Positions 40,205 to 49,659 of a stretch of 64,000 nucleotides of DNA are shown here, in pieces; within the stretch, counting starts at the first letter, position 1, and every line of letters starts with the position of its first letter. The position numbers were made by a program, and so were the translations under genes. The DNA lies in contig CALBAX010000015.1 of the NCBI GenBank assembly GCA_937926875.1, positions 2,412 through 66,411 of the forward strand, read 5' to 3'. This DNA comes from an uncultured Desulfovibrio sp. GTDB taxonomy: Bacteria; Desulfobacterota; Desulfovibrionia; Desulfovibrionales; Desulfovibrionaceae. The notes under the pieces are model-generated. The model was not told the DNA's origin. It ran no database searches and was given only the letters and a program-made list of their open reading frames with translations.

Positions 40205-41515
40205 ATGAGCTATACCAAGGAAGATGTCTGGAAATATCATGCGGAGCCCCGCCCCGGTAAGGTGGAAGTGCTGCCCTCCAAGCGGGGCGAGACCCAGGAC
40301 GACCTGACCCTGGCCTATTCGCCCGGCGTGGCCGACGCCTGTCGCGCCATCGCGGCCGATCCCGCCGCCGCGGCCAGCCTCACCGCCCGCAGCAACCTGG
40401 TGGCCGTGGTCAGCAACGGTACGGCAGTGCTGGGCCTGGGCAACATCGGCCCCCTGGCGGGCAAGCCCGTCATGGAAGGCAAGGGCATGCTCTTCAAGAT
40501 GTTCGCCGACGTGGACGTCTTCGACCTGGAGCTGGCCACCACCGACCCCGACGAGCTCATCAACGTGGTCAAGACCCTGGAGCCCACCTTCGGCGGCATC
40601 AACCTGGAAGACATCAAGGCCCCCGAATGCTTCTACATCGAACAGAAGCTCAAGGAGATCATGAACATCCCCGTCTTCCATGACGACCAGCACGGCACCG
40701 CCGTCATCTCCGGCGCGGGCCTCATCAACGCGGCCCATATCGCCGGCCGCAAGATGGAAGACATGAAGGTCGTGGTGGTGGGCGCCGGCGCCGCCGGTAT
40801 CGCCTGCGCCAACTTCTATGTCAGCCTGGGCGTCAAGCGCGGGAATATCTGGATGTTCGACAGCAGGGGCCTGATCCACAAGGGCCGTCAGGACACGCTG
40901 CATCCCACCAAGGTCGCCTTCGCGCAGGAAAAGGACGCCAGCCTGGCCGAAGCCATGCAGGGTGCCCATGTGTTCCTGGGCCTGTCCAAGCCCGGTCTGG
41001 TCACGCAGGACATGGTGCGCAGCATGGCCCCGCATCCCGTGATCTTCGCCTGTGCCAACCCGGTGCCCGAGATCACCTACGCCGAAGCCAAGGCCGCCCG
41101 TGACGATCTGCTCATGGGCACCGGCCGCTCCGACTGCCCCAACCAGATCAACAACGTGTCCGGCTTCCCCTTCATCTTCCGCGGCGCCCTGGACGTACAG
41201 GCCACGGAGATCAACGAGGCCATGAAGCTGGCTGCTGCCGAGGCCCTGGCCATGCTGGCCCGCGAAGACGTGCCCGAAGAAGTGAGCAGGGCCTACGGCG
41301 GCAAGAAGTTCAGCTTCGGCCCCGACTACATCATCCCCAGCCCGCTGGATCCGCGCATCATCGAATGGGTGACGCCCGCCGTGGCCCGTGCCGCCATGGA
41401 AAGCGGCGTGGCCCGCGCCCGCATCGAGGATCTGGACGCCTACCGCGCCGGCCTGCGTGAACGCGTGGCCCGCATGCGCCGCCGCGCCGACGCTGCCCGC
41501 CTGGCCAACGATTAA
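40205..41515 (+). CDS. maeB: NAD(P)-dependent malic enzyme (short form, no PTA domain)
   Basis: 436 aa; malic-enzyme N-domain and NAD-binding domain ([16 protein letters not shown]). GAGGAAG RBS before the ATG at 40205. Confidence 0.85.
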   Translation: MSYTKEDVWKYHAEPRPGKVEVLPSKRGETQDDLTLAYSPGVADACRAIAADPAAAASLTARSNLVAVVSNGTAVLGLGNIGPLAGKPVMEGKGMLFKMFADVDVFDLELATTDPDELINVVKTLEPTFGGINLEDIKAPECFYIEQKLKEIMNIPVFHDDQHGTAVISGAGLINAAHIAGRKMEDMKVVVVGAGAAGIACANFYVSLGVKRGNIWMFDSRGLIHKGRQDTLHPTKVAFAQEKDASLAEAMQGAHVFLGLSKPGLVTQDMVRSMAPHPVIFACANPVPEITYAEAKAARDDLLMGTGRSDCPNQINNVSGFPFIFRGALDVQATEINEAMKLAAAEALAMLAREDVPEEVSRAYGGKKFSFGPDYIIPSPLDPRIIEWVTPAVARAAMESGVARARIEDLDAYRAGLRERVARMRRRADAARLAND

Positions 41516-41534
41516 GACAGACGGCCCCCATCTT

Positions 41535-41590
41535 AGGGAGCTTGTTGGGGGAGGCTGCCGCCTCCCCTTTCTTCATGCCCGGCGCAGTCC
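41535..41590. repeat. Deletion-derivative copy H of the GC-rich element, doubling as a terminator hairpin after maeB
   Basis: GGGAGCTTG...CTGCCGCCTCCCCTTTCTTCATGCCC parallels copy G (GGGAGCTTG...CTGCCGC...CCTCCCCTTCCCCCTCATGCTCCC). Contains hairpin GGGGGAGGC-tgc-CGCCTCCCC followed by TTTCTT. Confidence 0.5.
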
Positions 41591-41725
41591 GGCATCCCGG
41601 ACCATAGCCCGTCATAACGCCACGATGCCCCCGGAAGGCACGAAAACGTTTTTTCCTGACCATAGATGCCTCTTGCGTCCGGAAGGCGGACAGGGCATTC
41701 TGAACGCAAAAAAAGGAGTTCCCTC

Positions 41726-42136
41726 ATGGCAGACATCACCGCCAAATATCTCGGCGACCTGCGCGTGGAATGCGTGCACCAGCAGAGCGGTACCGTGCTC
41801 GTCACTGACGCCCCCAAGGACAACAACGGCAAGGGCGAGGCCTTCTGCCCCACCGACCTCTGCGCCACGGCCCTGGCCGCCTGCGCCATGACCATCATCG
41901 GCATCTACGGCCGGAACCACGGCGTGGACGTGACCGGCACCACCATCGAGATCAGCAAGACCATGAGCGCCAACCCGCGCCGCATCGGCAAGATCGAGAT
42001 CATCTTCAACATGCCCGACCGTGACTTCTCCGAAAAGGAAAAGACCATGATCGAACGGGCCGCCCACACCTGCCCCGTGCACCTGAGCCTGCACCCCGAG
42101 ACCGAGCAGGTCTTCACCTTCAAGTGGAGCCGCTAG
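41726..42136 (+). CDS. OsmC/Ohr family peroxiredoxin
   Basis: 136 aa with the two conserved Cys (FCPTDLC...HTCPV). AAAAGGAG RBS. Confidence 0.85.
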   Translation: MADITAKYLGDLRVECVHQQSGTVLVTDAPKDNNGKGEAFCPTDLCATALAACAMTIIGIYGRNHGVDVTGTTIEISKTMSANPRRIGKIEIIFNMPDRDFSEKEKTMIERAAHTCPVHLSLHPETEQVFTFKWSR

Positions 42137-42159
42137 GGCCCTGCGGCAACGCGCATGAC

Positions 42160-42189
42160 ACAAAAGGGAGGATCCTGTCCTCCCTTTTT
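42160..42189. terminator. Bidirectional rho-independent terminator (AAAAGGGAGGA-tcctg-TCCTCCCTTTTTTT)
   Basis: 7-bp stem flanked by an A-run and a T-run; directly after the OsmC-family gene. Confidence 0.75.
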
Positions 42190-42401
42190 TCATGCCTTGC
42201 GGCAGCCGTCAGAGGCGGCGGTGGATCAGGCCGCCTGCCCCCCTGATGGCTGCCAGCGGCCAAAGTATGCGGCCAGCCTTGTTTCATCTCCTGGCCCTTT
42301 CGTCCCCCCTCTCCCTTCAAGACCGTGCGGCAGGATGCCGCGACAGCGGGCTCTCGGGAACGCCCTGCCGGGCCGGCGGGAACGGCCGGGGCCGGAAACG
42401 G

Positions 42402-42436
42402 AAAAAGCCCGTCCCCTGCGGGGGACGGGCTTTTTG
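42402..42436. terminator. Bidirectional rho-independent terminator (AAAAAGCCCGTCCCC-tgc-GGGGGACGGGCTTTTT) downstream of apbE
   Basis: 12-bp stem with flanking A-run and T-run, 20 nt past the apbE stop. Confidence 0.75.
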
Positions 42437-42455
42437 CATCCATGAACGATCGATA

Positions 42456-43484
42456 TCAGGCTTCCGCAGGCCAGCGACGGGAGACCTGCAGGCGGCCGTC
42501 CCGGCGCAACAGGCCGCAGGCGCAGCCCGAGAGGCTGTCGGCCAGGGGCAGGGCTTCCCCGGCGGGCAGGACAGACAGGCCGGTGGCCAGCGCATCGGCC
42601 TGCATGCAGGTGGCGGCCAGCACGCTCATGCTGCCCAGCACAGGGCTGCGTCCGGTGGACGGGTCCAGCAGGTGGTGGTGGCGCCCCGTGGCGTCATAGT
42701 GCATCTCGTAACCGCCGGACGTGGCGATGGCCTGATTGTAGAGCTCCAGCACCTGCGGGTAATGGCCGCGCTTTTCCGGGTCTTCCACGGCCACGCGCCA
42801 GAACACGCCCGGAGCCTTGTGGCCGCGCGCCAGGATGTCGCCGCCGGCATTGATGAGATGGTTCTCGCAGCCCGCACGCAACAGCACGGCGGACATGGCA
42901 TCCACGATATGCCCCTTGGCGATGCCGTCCAGGGTCAGGCCCATGCCCTGCCGTTCCAGGCGCATCCCGTCGCGGCCGGCATACACGGCATCGCTGTCCA
43001 CCAGGGCCAGGGCCTCGCGCAGGTCGCTCTCGGCCAGCTCCAGTTCGCCTTCGGGATTGCTGCGGCTCTCCAGCAGGCGCACCAGGGGCAGGACCGTGGC
43101 GTCGAAGGCGCCGCCGGTCAGGTGGCAGATGCCATGGGCCCGCTGCCAGACATTGAGCAGCTCGGGCGGCACGTCGCGCAGGCTGCCCTGGCTGTTGAGC
43201 ACGCCCAGGGGGGCCGCCGCGTCATGACGGGTCAGCAGGGTCTCCAGACGGCGCCCCTCGGCGAAGGCCAGATCCATGGCGTCATGGGCCTGGGTGGACG
43301 ACGAACAGGCCACGGTGATGCTCACCATGGTGCCCATGAACAGGGCCGTTTGCTGCGCGGGCACGCCAGCGCCCGTCACGGCCCGGGCGGGCGCAGGCTC
43401 CAGGACAGAGGCCGCACCGGCCAGCAGCAGGCCGCTGCCGGCCAGCGTCCAGCGCAAAAAATCTCGGCGAGAGGTCTTAGGCAT
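42456..43484 (-). CDS. apbE: FAD:protein FMN transferase (flavin transferase), Tat-exported
   Basis: SRRDFLRW twin-arginine signal; ApbE family core. Last gene of the rnf cluster; overlaps the rnfB stop by 8 nt. Confidence 0.85.
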   Translation of the reverse strand: MPKTSRRDFLRWTLAGSGLLLAGAASVLEPAPARAVTGAGVPAQQTALFMGTMVSITVACSSSTQAHDAMDLAFAEGRRLETLLTRHDAAAPLGVLNSQGSLRDVPPELLNVWQRAHGICHLTGGAFDATVLPLVRLLESRSNPEGELELAESDLREALALVDSDAVYAGRDGMRLERQGMGLTLDGIAKGHIVDAMSAVLLRAGCENHLINAGGDILARGHKAPGVFWRVAVEDPEKRGHYPQVLELYNQAIATSGGYEMHYDATGRHHHLLDPSTGRSPVLGSMSVLAATCMQADALATGLSVLPAGEALPLADSLSGCACGLLRRDGRLQVSRRWPAEA

Positions 43485-44409
43485 TGCAGTTCTCCTGTGC
43501 GGGGCGATCGTTCTTTCCGGTCACAGGCACGGTGCCGCCCCCAGCAGCGCCGTCGCCATCGCTGTCATCCTTCATCCTGGCCACGTTGGCGGCCTCGATG
43601 CCCGTGGGGCAGGTACGGCGCAGGATGTGGCGGGCACAGGCATCCACGCAGGCCTCACCGCAATCGGGCCCGTAAGAGACACACTTGATCTGGTCCACCA
43701 CCATGCGTCCGGCCACGTTGCTCACGGCCTTGGCCGGGCAGGCCTTGGCACAGCGGCCGCAATTGATGCAGCCCGCGTCACAGACTTCGGTCACGGCGCG
43801 CAGCTTGTCGCGCGTATTGCAGAACACGGCCACGCGATGGCGGCGCGGCACCAGTTCCAGTACCCCGCGCGGGCAGGCCGTCACGCACATGCCGCAGCCC
43901 GTGCAGCGGGTCATGTCCACACGCACCACCCCGTCCTTGACCTGCATGGCGTCGAAGGGGCAGACCTGCACGCAGTCACCGAAGCCCATGCAGGACCAGT
44001 GGCAGGTATCGGTGCCGCCGCGCAGCATGGCCGCCGCCGCGCAGGAGGGCATGCCCTGGTACTGGTAGCGCAGGGCCACGTTGCCGGCCAGCTTGTCACA
44101 GCGCCGCAGCGAGAACAGGGGCTCCGCCTCGGCCACGGTCTTGCCGGTCAGCTCGCCCACGGCGATGGCCGTATCGGCACCGCCCGCGCAGCATTTGTTG
44201 GCCGGGATGTCGGGATCGGAGACCACGGCCGCGGCGTAGCCCTCGCAGCCGGCAAAGCCGCAACCACCGCAGTTGGCCCCGGGCAGGACCTCCAGCACGG
44301 CCTCCACCCGCGGGTCTTCCTTGACGTAGAAGACGCGCGAGGCGATGGACAGCAGGATGGCGGCCACGAGCCCCAATCCGAACAGGGTGATGATGGAAAC
44401 GAAAACCAT
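43477..44409 (-). CDS. rnfB: Rnf complex subunit B (polyferredoxin)
   Basis: N-terminal membrane anchor, CGGCGFAGC motif and multiple CxxCxxCxxxCP 4Fe-4S motifs. ATG at 44409 (MVFVSIITLFGL) with an AAGGAGAGG RBS. Confidence 0.85.
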   Translation of the reverse strand: MVFVSIITLFGLGLVAAILLSIASRVFYVKEDPRVEAVLEVLPGANCGGCGFAGCEGYAAAVVSDPDIPANKCCAGGADTAIAVGELTGKTVAEAEPLFSLRRCDKLAGNVALRYQYQGMPSCAAAAMLRGGTDTCHWSCMGFGDCVQVCPFDAMQVKDGVVRVDMTRCTGCGMCVTACPRGVLELVPRRHRVAVFCNTRDKLRAVTEVCDAGCINCGRCAKACPAKAVSNVAGRMVVDQIKCVSYGPDCGEACVDACARHILRRTCPTGIEAANVARMKDDSDGDGAAGGGTVPVTGKNDRPAQENCNA

Positions 44410-44458
44410 ATATGCCTCTCCTTGCCGCCCAGCGGCAGTCAAAAGCCCGTAGTCCGCG

Positions 44459-45034
44459 TTATTGCGCCATGCCCTTGAAGCCCATGAAAGCCAGCGACAT
44501 CAGGCCGGCCATGATGAGGGCGATGGGCGTCCCGGCCATGGCCTTGGGCAGACGGCAGGTATCCAGCCGCTCGCGGATGCCCGCCATGAGCAAAAGGGCC
44601 AGAGTGAAGCCCACGGCCGAGGCCGCGCCGTACAGTACGGAAGTGAGCAGGTCGTATTCCTCGCGCTGCACCAGGATGGCCACGCCCATGACGGCGCAGT
44701 TGGTGGTGATCAGCGGCAGGAAGATGCCCAGGGCCGCATACAGGGGCGGCACCATCTTCTTGAGGAACATCTCCACGAACTGCACCAGCGAGGCGATGAC
44801 CACGATGAAGACGATGGTCTGCAGGTAGCCCAGGCCGAAGGGCTCCAGCACGTAACGCTGCATGAGCCAGGTACAGGCCGTGGCCACGATGATGACGAAG
44901 ATCACCGCGCCACCCATGCCCAGGGCCACCCCTTTTTCCTTGGAGCAGCCAAGGTAGGGGCAGTTGCCCAGGTACTGGGCCAGCACGATGTTGTTGACGA
45001 AGATGGCCGAGATGAAAAGCTGGAAGATATCCAT
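44459..45034 (-). CDS. rnfA: Rnf complex subunit A
   Basis: 191-aa polytopic membrane protein, MDIFQLFISAIFVNNIVLAQYLG... typical of RnfA/NqrE. Confidence 0.9.
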   Translation of the reverse strand: MDIFQLFISAIFVNNIVLAQYLGNCPYLGCSKEKGVALGMGGAVIFVIIVATACTWLMQRYVLEPFGLGYLQTIVFIVVIASLVQFVEMFLKKMVPPLYAALGIFLPLITTNCAVMGVAILVQREEYDLLTSVLYGAASAVGFTLALLLMAGIRERLDTCRLPKAMAGTPIALIMAGLMSLAFMGFKGMAQ

Positions 45035-45061
45035 ACGCGCATCCTTGCGAAAGCCCGCGGG

Positions 45062-45742
45062 CTACTGTTCCTGACGCTGCTGGAGCATGCTGCACGCCTT
45101 GCAGCCGCCGCAGCTGGAGGTTTCCACCACCTGGCCGCCCTTGCGGCGCGCCTGCCAGACATTGATGACGTTCATGGTGGCCAGGATGAGGCCCAGGCAG
45201 ATGAAGGCGCCGGGGGCCTGGACCATGATGGCGAACGGCTGGAAGCCGTCCCACATGACCGGGTGCCCGAACCAGGTGCCGTTGCCCAGGATCTCGCGCA
45301 GCGAGCCCAGGAAGGTCAGCGACATGGTGAAGCCCAGGCCGATGCCCAGGCCGTCGGCCACCGAGGCGGCCACGCCGTTCTTGGCGGCGAAGGCCTCGGC
45401 TCGGGCCAGGATGATGCAGTTCACCACGATGAGCGGCACGAAGATGCCCAGCTGCTGGTAGAGCGGATAGGCATAGGCCTGCATGAGCAGTTCCACCGCC
45501 ACCACCAGCGAGGCCGCGATGACGATGAAGCAGGCGATACGGACTTTCTTGGGGATGATGCCGCGCACCATGGAAATGATCATGTTGGAGAGCACGAGCA
45601 CGAAAATGACCGCCGCACCCATGCCCAGGCCGTTGTTGGCGGAGTTGGTGACCGCCAGCGTGGGACACAGACCAAGCACCAGCCGGAAGGGCGGCAGGTC
45701 CTTCCACAGCCCCTTGGTGAATTCTTGCATGACGCTGCTCAT
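45062..45742 (-). CDS. rnfE: Rnf complex subunit E
   Basis: Internal ATG at 45742 (MSSVMQEFTKGLWKDLPPFRLVLGLCPTLAVT), RnfE/NqrD family; GGAG RBS. Confidence 0.9.
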   Translation of the reverse strand: MSSVMQEFTKGLWKDLPPFRLVLGLCPTLAVTNSANNGLGMGAAVIFVLVLSNMIISMVRGIIPKKVRIACFIVIAASLVVAVELLMQAYAYPLYQQLGIFVPLIVVNCIILARAEAFAAKNGVAASVADGLGIGLGFTMSLTFLGSLREILGNGTWFGHPVMWDGFQPFAIMVQAPGAFICLGLILATMNVINVWQARRKGGQVVETSSCGGCKACSMLQQRQEQ

Positions 45743-45752
45743 GGCCGGCTCC

Positions 45753-46331
45753 TTATTTGTTGCCCCAGGTCTTGAGGATTTCAGGCTTGAGGGCCTTGTA
45801 GGCATCGGCGGCCAGGTTCACGGCCGTCACCGCTCCCGAAGAAGAGATGGTGGCGCCGGAGATGCCGTCGATGCTGCCCCCCTGGCTCTTGAGGCCCACC
45901 GGCGCGGCGATGCCCCTGAACTGCCCGGTGAAGCCGGGCTCCGCGATACGCATGCCCAGGCCGGGCGTCTCCTTGAGGGTGGTGGTACCGATGCCCGCCA
46001 GCGTGTCGTTGGCCACATTGAAGCCCACCATCACGCCCACGTCACCGCCGTAGCCCTTGCCCTTGGCTTCCAGGGCCACGCCCACCAGCTTCCCGCCGCG
46101 CATGGCGGGAAAGACCAGCACCCGGCCCTTCTCGGTCTCGAAGGCCTTGCGGTCGGCGATGGGCTGGTTGTCGATACCAGTGAACACTCCGGCAATGGCC
46201 GGACCCTGCACATAGGTCAGCACCTGTTCCTCGATGACGGGCGCAGTGACCATCTTGAGGTAGGACAGGGCAAAGCCCGAAAGGCCGCACAGGGCTGACA
46301 GGACGACGATCATTCGCAGGATATCGGCCAT
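45753..46331 (-). CDS. rnfG: Rnf complex subunit G (FMN-binding)
   Basis: 192 aa with N-terminal anchor and an SGATISS FMN-attachment motif. Confidence 0.85.
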   Translation of the reverse strand: MADILRMIVVLSALCGLSGFALSYLKMVTAPVIEEQVLTYVQGPAIAGVFTGIDNQPIADRKAFETEKGRVLVFPAMRGGKLVGVALEAKGKGYGGDVGVMVGFNVANDTLAGIGTTTLKETPGLGMRIAEPGFTGQFRGIAAPVGLKSQGGSIDGISGATISSSGAVTAVNLAADAYKALKPEILKTWGNK

Positions 46332-46333
46332 GG

Positions 46334-47293
46334 CTAGCGCACTCCAAAAGGTTTGGGCCGGATGGAATCCAGCAGCGGGGCCACCAGATTGGCCAGCAGG
46401 ATGGCAAAGGGCACACCGTCAAGGTAGATGCCGTACTTGCGGATGGTCATCACCAGCGCGCCGCCCAGCAGACCGTAAAGGAACATGGGCAGGGGGCGCG
46501 ACGGCGCGTTGGCCGGATCGGTGATGAGGAAGAAACCGCCCAGCATGACCGAGCCCGTGCACAGATGGAACAGGGGCGACGCGTCAGTGGCGGGGCTGTT
46601 CATGCAGAAGAGCGCGGCCAGACCGGCCACCCCGGCAAAGAAGCCCAGGGCGATCTGCCAGCGGATGATGCCGCGGGCCGCCAGCAGGGAGCCGCCCAGG
46701 AAGAGCGCCCCCACCTGCCCGGCGCCAAGGCCGTTGATCTGCTGGCCCAGCAGCAGATCCTGCAGGGGGATGCGGCCGGCATCGGCCCAGCCGAAGAACT
46801 TGAGCCGCACCAGCGGGTCCACCATGGACGCGGCATTGAGCTGCACGGCATTGGGTTCCATGAACAGGGGGAAGGAGACGAAGAGCACGGCCCAGCCCAC
46901 CACGGAGGTGTTGACCGGATTGGCGCCCAGACCGCCGAATGCCATCTTGCCCAGGCTGATGGCGATGAGCGGCGCCATGACAGCGATCCACCAGGGGGCG
47001 TCGGCCGGCAGCATGAAGGCCAGCAGCAGGCCGGAACAGGCGGCCGTATAATCATCAATGGCCAGCTCGCGGCCCATGAGTTTCTGACAGGCGGCCTCGG
47101 TGAGCACGGCCACGGCCACGCACAGGGACATGACACGCACGGCGGGCAGGCCCCAGGTCCAGACGGCCCCGATGACGGCGGGCAGCAGGGCCGCGAGGGT
47201 CATCAGGCTCTGGCGGCGCACGGTGCGCCCGCAATGCCAGTACGGCGGGGCGCTCATGGCCAGCAAAACGGAAGATTGAGCGGCAGCGGGCAT
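46334..47293 (-). CDS. rnfD: Rnf complex subunit D
   Basis: 319-aa membrane protein. SAPPYWH aligns with the SSPYTH N-terminal motif of RnfD/NqrB. ATG overlaps the rnfC stop (ATGA). Confidence 0.9.
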   Translation of the reverse strand: MPAAAQSSVLLAMSAPPYWHCGRTVRRQSLMTLAALLPAVIGAVWTWGLPAVRVMSLCVAVAVLTEAACQKLMGRELAIDDYTAACSGLLLAFMLPADAPWWIAVMAPLIAISLGKMAFGGLGANPVNTSVVGWAVLFVSFPLFMEPNAVQLNAASMVDPLVRLKFFGWADAGRIPLQDLLLGQQINGLGAGQVGALFLGGSLLAARGIIRWQIALGFFAGVAGLAALFCMNSPATDASPLFHLCTGSVMLGGFFLITDPANAPSRPLPMFLYGLLGGALVMTIRKYGIYLDGVPFAILLANLVAPLLDSIRPKPFGVR

Positions 47294-48564
47294 CAGTTTT
47301 CTCCTTCCTTGGCTTCGGCGGCAGGCTGCGCCGCGGGACGCAGCTCCCGTTCTTTCAGACGGCGGGCCTCATCGGCCTGGGCCAGCTTGTGCTTGGCCAG
47401 ACGGATGTATTGCAGGACCGGACGGCGGGCGATGCAGACGTAGCCGCACAGGCCGCATTCCAGACAGCAGTCCACGTGTTCGTCGCGGCAGCGCTCGTGC
47501 AGGGCGAATTCCGCGTTGCGGCTCAGCATGCTGGGGCTCAGGCGCGCGGGACAGATCAGCACGCAGGCGCCGCAGTTGATGCAGGGGCTGTGGCCTTCCA
47601 TGGGCGGCACGGTACCGGCCTCCACCACGAAGACGCCCGTGGCCCCCTTGGTGATGCTGCGGTCCAGACGGTCGATGCTCTCGCCGCGCAGCGGGCCGCC
47701 GCGCACCAGGGTGTCGCCGCTGTTGAGCTTGATGTGGGCGAATTCCAGCAGCTCGCCCAGCATGCTGCCTTCCTTGACGATATAGTTGCCGGAGTGGGTG
47801 TAGCTGCCCAGGGTGATGACCGACTCGATGAGCGGCAGACCCGTGCGGGCCACGCGCCCCAGGCTCCAGACATTGTGGAGCCCCACCACGCCCACGCCTT
47901 CGGGATTTTCCTTGCCGGTGATGCTCTTGACCAGCAGGGCATTGACGCTGGCCGGATAACGGGCCGTCACGCGCACCACTTCCACGTCGTCGAAGTGCAG
48001 ATGCAGCTCGCTGGGCACGGCCAGCAGGATGCGTTTGGCCGGGGAAAGACGGCGCAGCACGGCCAGACCGGCCCGCAGCGTGCTCTGGTGGGTCAGCAGC
48101 ATGGGCTCGGCCCAGGTGACGCCGGGATCGGGATTGAGGCCGTTGATGATCAGGGTCTCGCACTGCTGGCCCAGGCTCTTGGTGTTCAGGCCCAGGCTCT
48201 TGAGCAGCACGGCCAGCTCCTGGCCCGTACGTTCGTCATTGATCAGGTCCACTTTCTCCACGCTGTCGGCCAGGGCGCGCAGGGCCTCGTCGGGCTCGAT
48301 GGCCTCCACGAAGAGGCTGCGCTCGGTCACGTCGGTGATGCGGCCGAAGATGGGCGAGAACGCGTCCCCCTTGAGCGGCGACGGATGCACCGCCAGGCGC
48401 ATGCGCGGGTAGACCAGGGCTTTCTTGGTCACGCCTTCCACGAGCTTGTAGCCTTCGCGGTTGAGGCGCACGCGGCGCGGTTCCGGGCCGTCGCTGTACC
48501 TTTGCGTCACCCCGTACACCAGGTGGAAACGCGGGTCCTTCAACATCTGGAATACTTCTTTCAT
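47293..48564 (-). CDS. rnfC: Rnf complex subunit C
   Basis: Start taken at the internal ATG 48564 (MKEVFQMLKDPRF), which leaves a 10-nt gap after the dhcA stop. Two CxxCxxCxxxCP motifs near the C-terminus. Confidence 0.85.
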   Translation of the reverse strand: MKEVFQMLKDPRFHLVYGVTQRYSDGPEPRRVRLNREGYKLVEGVTKKALVYPRMRLAVHPSPLKGDAFSPIFGRITDVTERSLFVEAIEPDEALRALADSVEKVDLINDERTGQELAVLLKSLGLNTKSLGQQCETLIINGLNPDPGVTWAEPMLLTHQSTLRAGLAVLRRLSPAKRILLAVPSELHLHFDDVEVVRVTARYPASVNALLVKSITGKENPEGVGVVGLHNVWSLGRVARTGLPLIESVITLGSYTHSGNYIVKEGSMLGELLEFAHIKLNSGDTLVRGGPLRGESIDRLDRSITKGATGVFVVEAGTVPPMEGHSPCINCGACVLICPARLSPSMLSRNAEFALHERCRDEHVDCCLECGLCGYVCIARRPVLQYIRLAKHKLAQADEARRLKERELRPAAQPAAEAKEGEN

Positions 48565-48574
48565 ACCCGCCTCG

Positions 48575-49387
48575 CTACTTGGTATGGCACTGGGCACACT
48601 TGTCCTTGCCGAAGGGGCCCTTGCCGAGCTTTTCATGACAGCCCATGCACTGGCCGTGGAAGGCGTCCATACGGCCGGGGATCAGCTTGTCCGGCGTCTT
48701 CTTCACATGGCAGACCGTGCAGTCGGCATACAGGGGATCCACCTTGCCCTTCACGGCCGCCTCATCCTTGCGCGTGGGCTTCAGCTCATGGCAGGAAGCG
48801 CAGTCCTTGGCCTTGCCGAACAGGTCCTGATGGCAGGCCACGCAGCGCGCGTGCACGGCATCGGCCAGCACGGGCGGCGTGCCGGGCTCGGCGGCCTTGC
48901 CGGTCGGCCGGGCCCCGGCGTCATGGCAGTTGGCGCAGCTCTGCGGTTCGGGCTCGATGGCCGTGTCGGCATGGTGGCAGGAGGTACAGTCAACGCCGAA
49001 TTCCTCGCTGTGCTGCTGGTGCCCCCAGTCCTTGGCCGCCAGTTCGTAGTGGTGACAGGTGACACAGCTTTCCGCCGGATAGCTCTTGGCATGCCCCGCC
49101 TTGAAGGCATCGTCCAGGGCCACGCCGTGACAGCTGGCACAGGCCATGGCCTTGTCGGGCGTCTTCTGGAGGCTCTCATGATGGCAGGTGGCGCAATCTT
49201 CCTTGAGCAGACGGCTGTGCTGCTGATGGTCGAAGACCACGGGACCGCCTGCATTGTCGAACAGGATGCGACGCGTGGCAGGTTCCTTGTCCCCCGCGAC
49301 CGGGCCCGCCGGCAGCAGATAGCCGGCGATCCCCGTCACGGCCAGGACGGCCGTCAGGATGGCGATGGAAAGGTAACGTTTTTGCAA
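48575..49387 (-). CDS. dhcA: decaheme cytochrome c (DhcA-like), membrane-anchored
   Basis: Ten CxxCH heme-binding motifs counted in 270 aa; N-terminal signal anchor. TTG start at 49387 with a GAGGGG RBS. Directly precedes rnfC, as in Desulfovibrio vulgaris. Confidence 0.85.
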   Translation of the reverse strand: MQKRYLSIAILTAVLAVTGIAGYLLPAGPVAGDKEPATRRILFDNAGGPVVFDHQQHSRLLKEDCATCHHESLQKTPDKAMACASCHGVALDDAFKAGHAKSYPAESCVTCHHYELAAKDWGHQQHSEEFGVDCTSCHHADTAIEPEPQSCANCHDAGARPTGKAAEPGTPPVLADAVHARCVACHQDLFGKAKDCASCHELKPTRKDEAAVKGKVDPLYADCTVCHVKKTPDKLIPGRMDAFHGQCMGCHEKLGKGPFGKDKCAQCHTK

Positions 49388-49659
49388 TGCCTTGCCCCTC
49401 TTCCAAAAGGTGAACGGGATGGACCTCCGGCGCCACCGGCCGGCAATCCCTCATGCCGGGCCAGCACGGAAGCGCCGCTGCGCCCTTGCCGGCTCCGCAG
49501 CCTTCTCCCCGGCGGCCTTCCCCACAGGGAGAACGCCCTCTTCAGGGTACGCACCGAGACCCGCTCCCCAAAACGGAGAGCACCGGCCCGAAGGCTGCCT
49601 TCCTCAGGCTATTCATGGAATATGTTGCAAAGGACGGGCCCGGGGCCCGCCCCTGATGC

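Noticed and set aside
49630-49656. GGGCCCGGGGCCC palindrome after the AGCS symporter stop as a terminator
   Set aside because: The stem is only 6-7 bp with almost no loop and a weak U-tract. It is not convincing enough to list as a feature.
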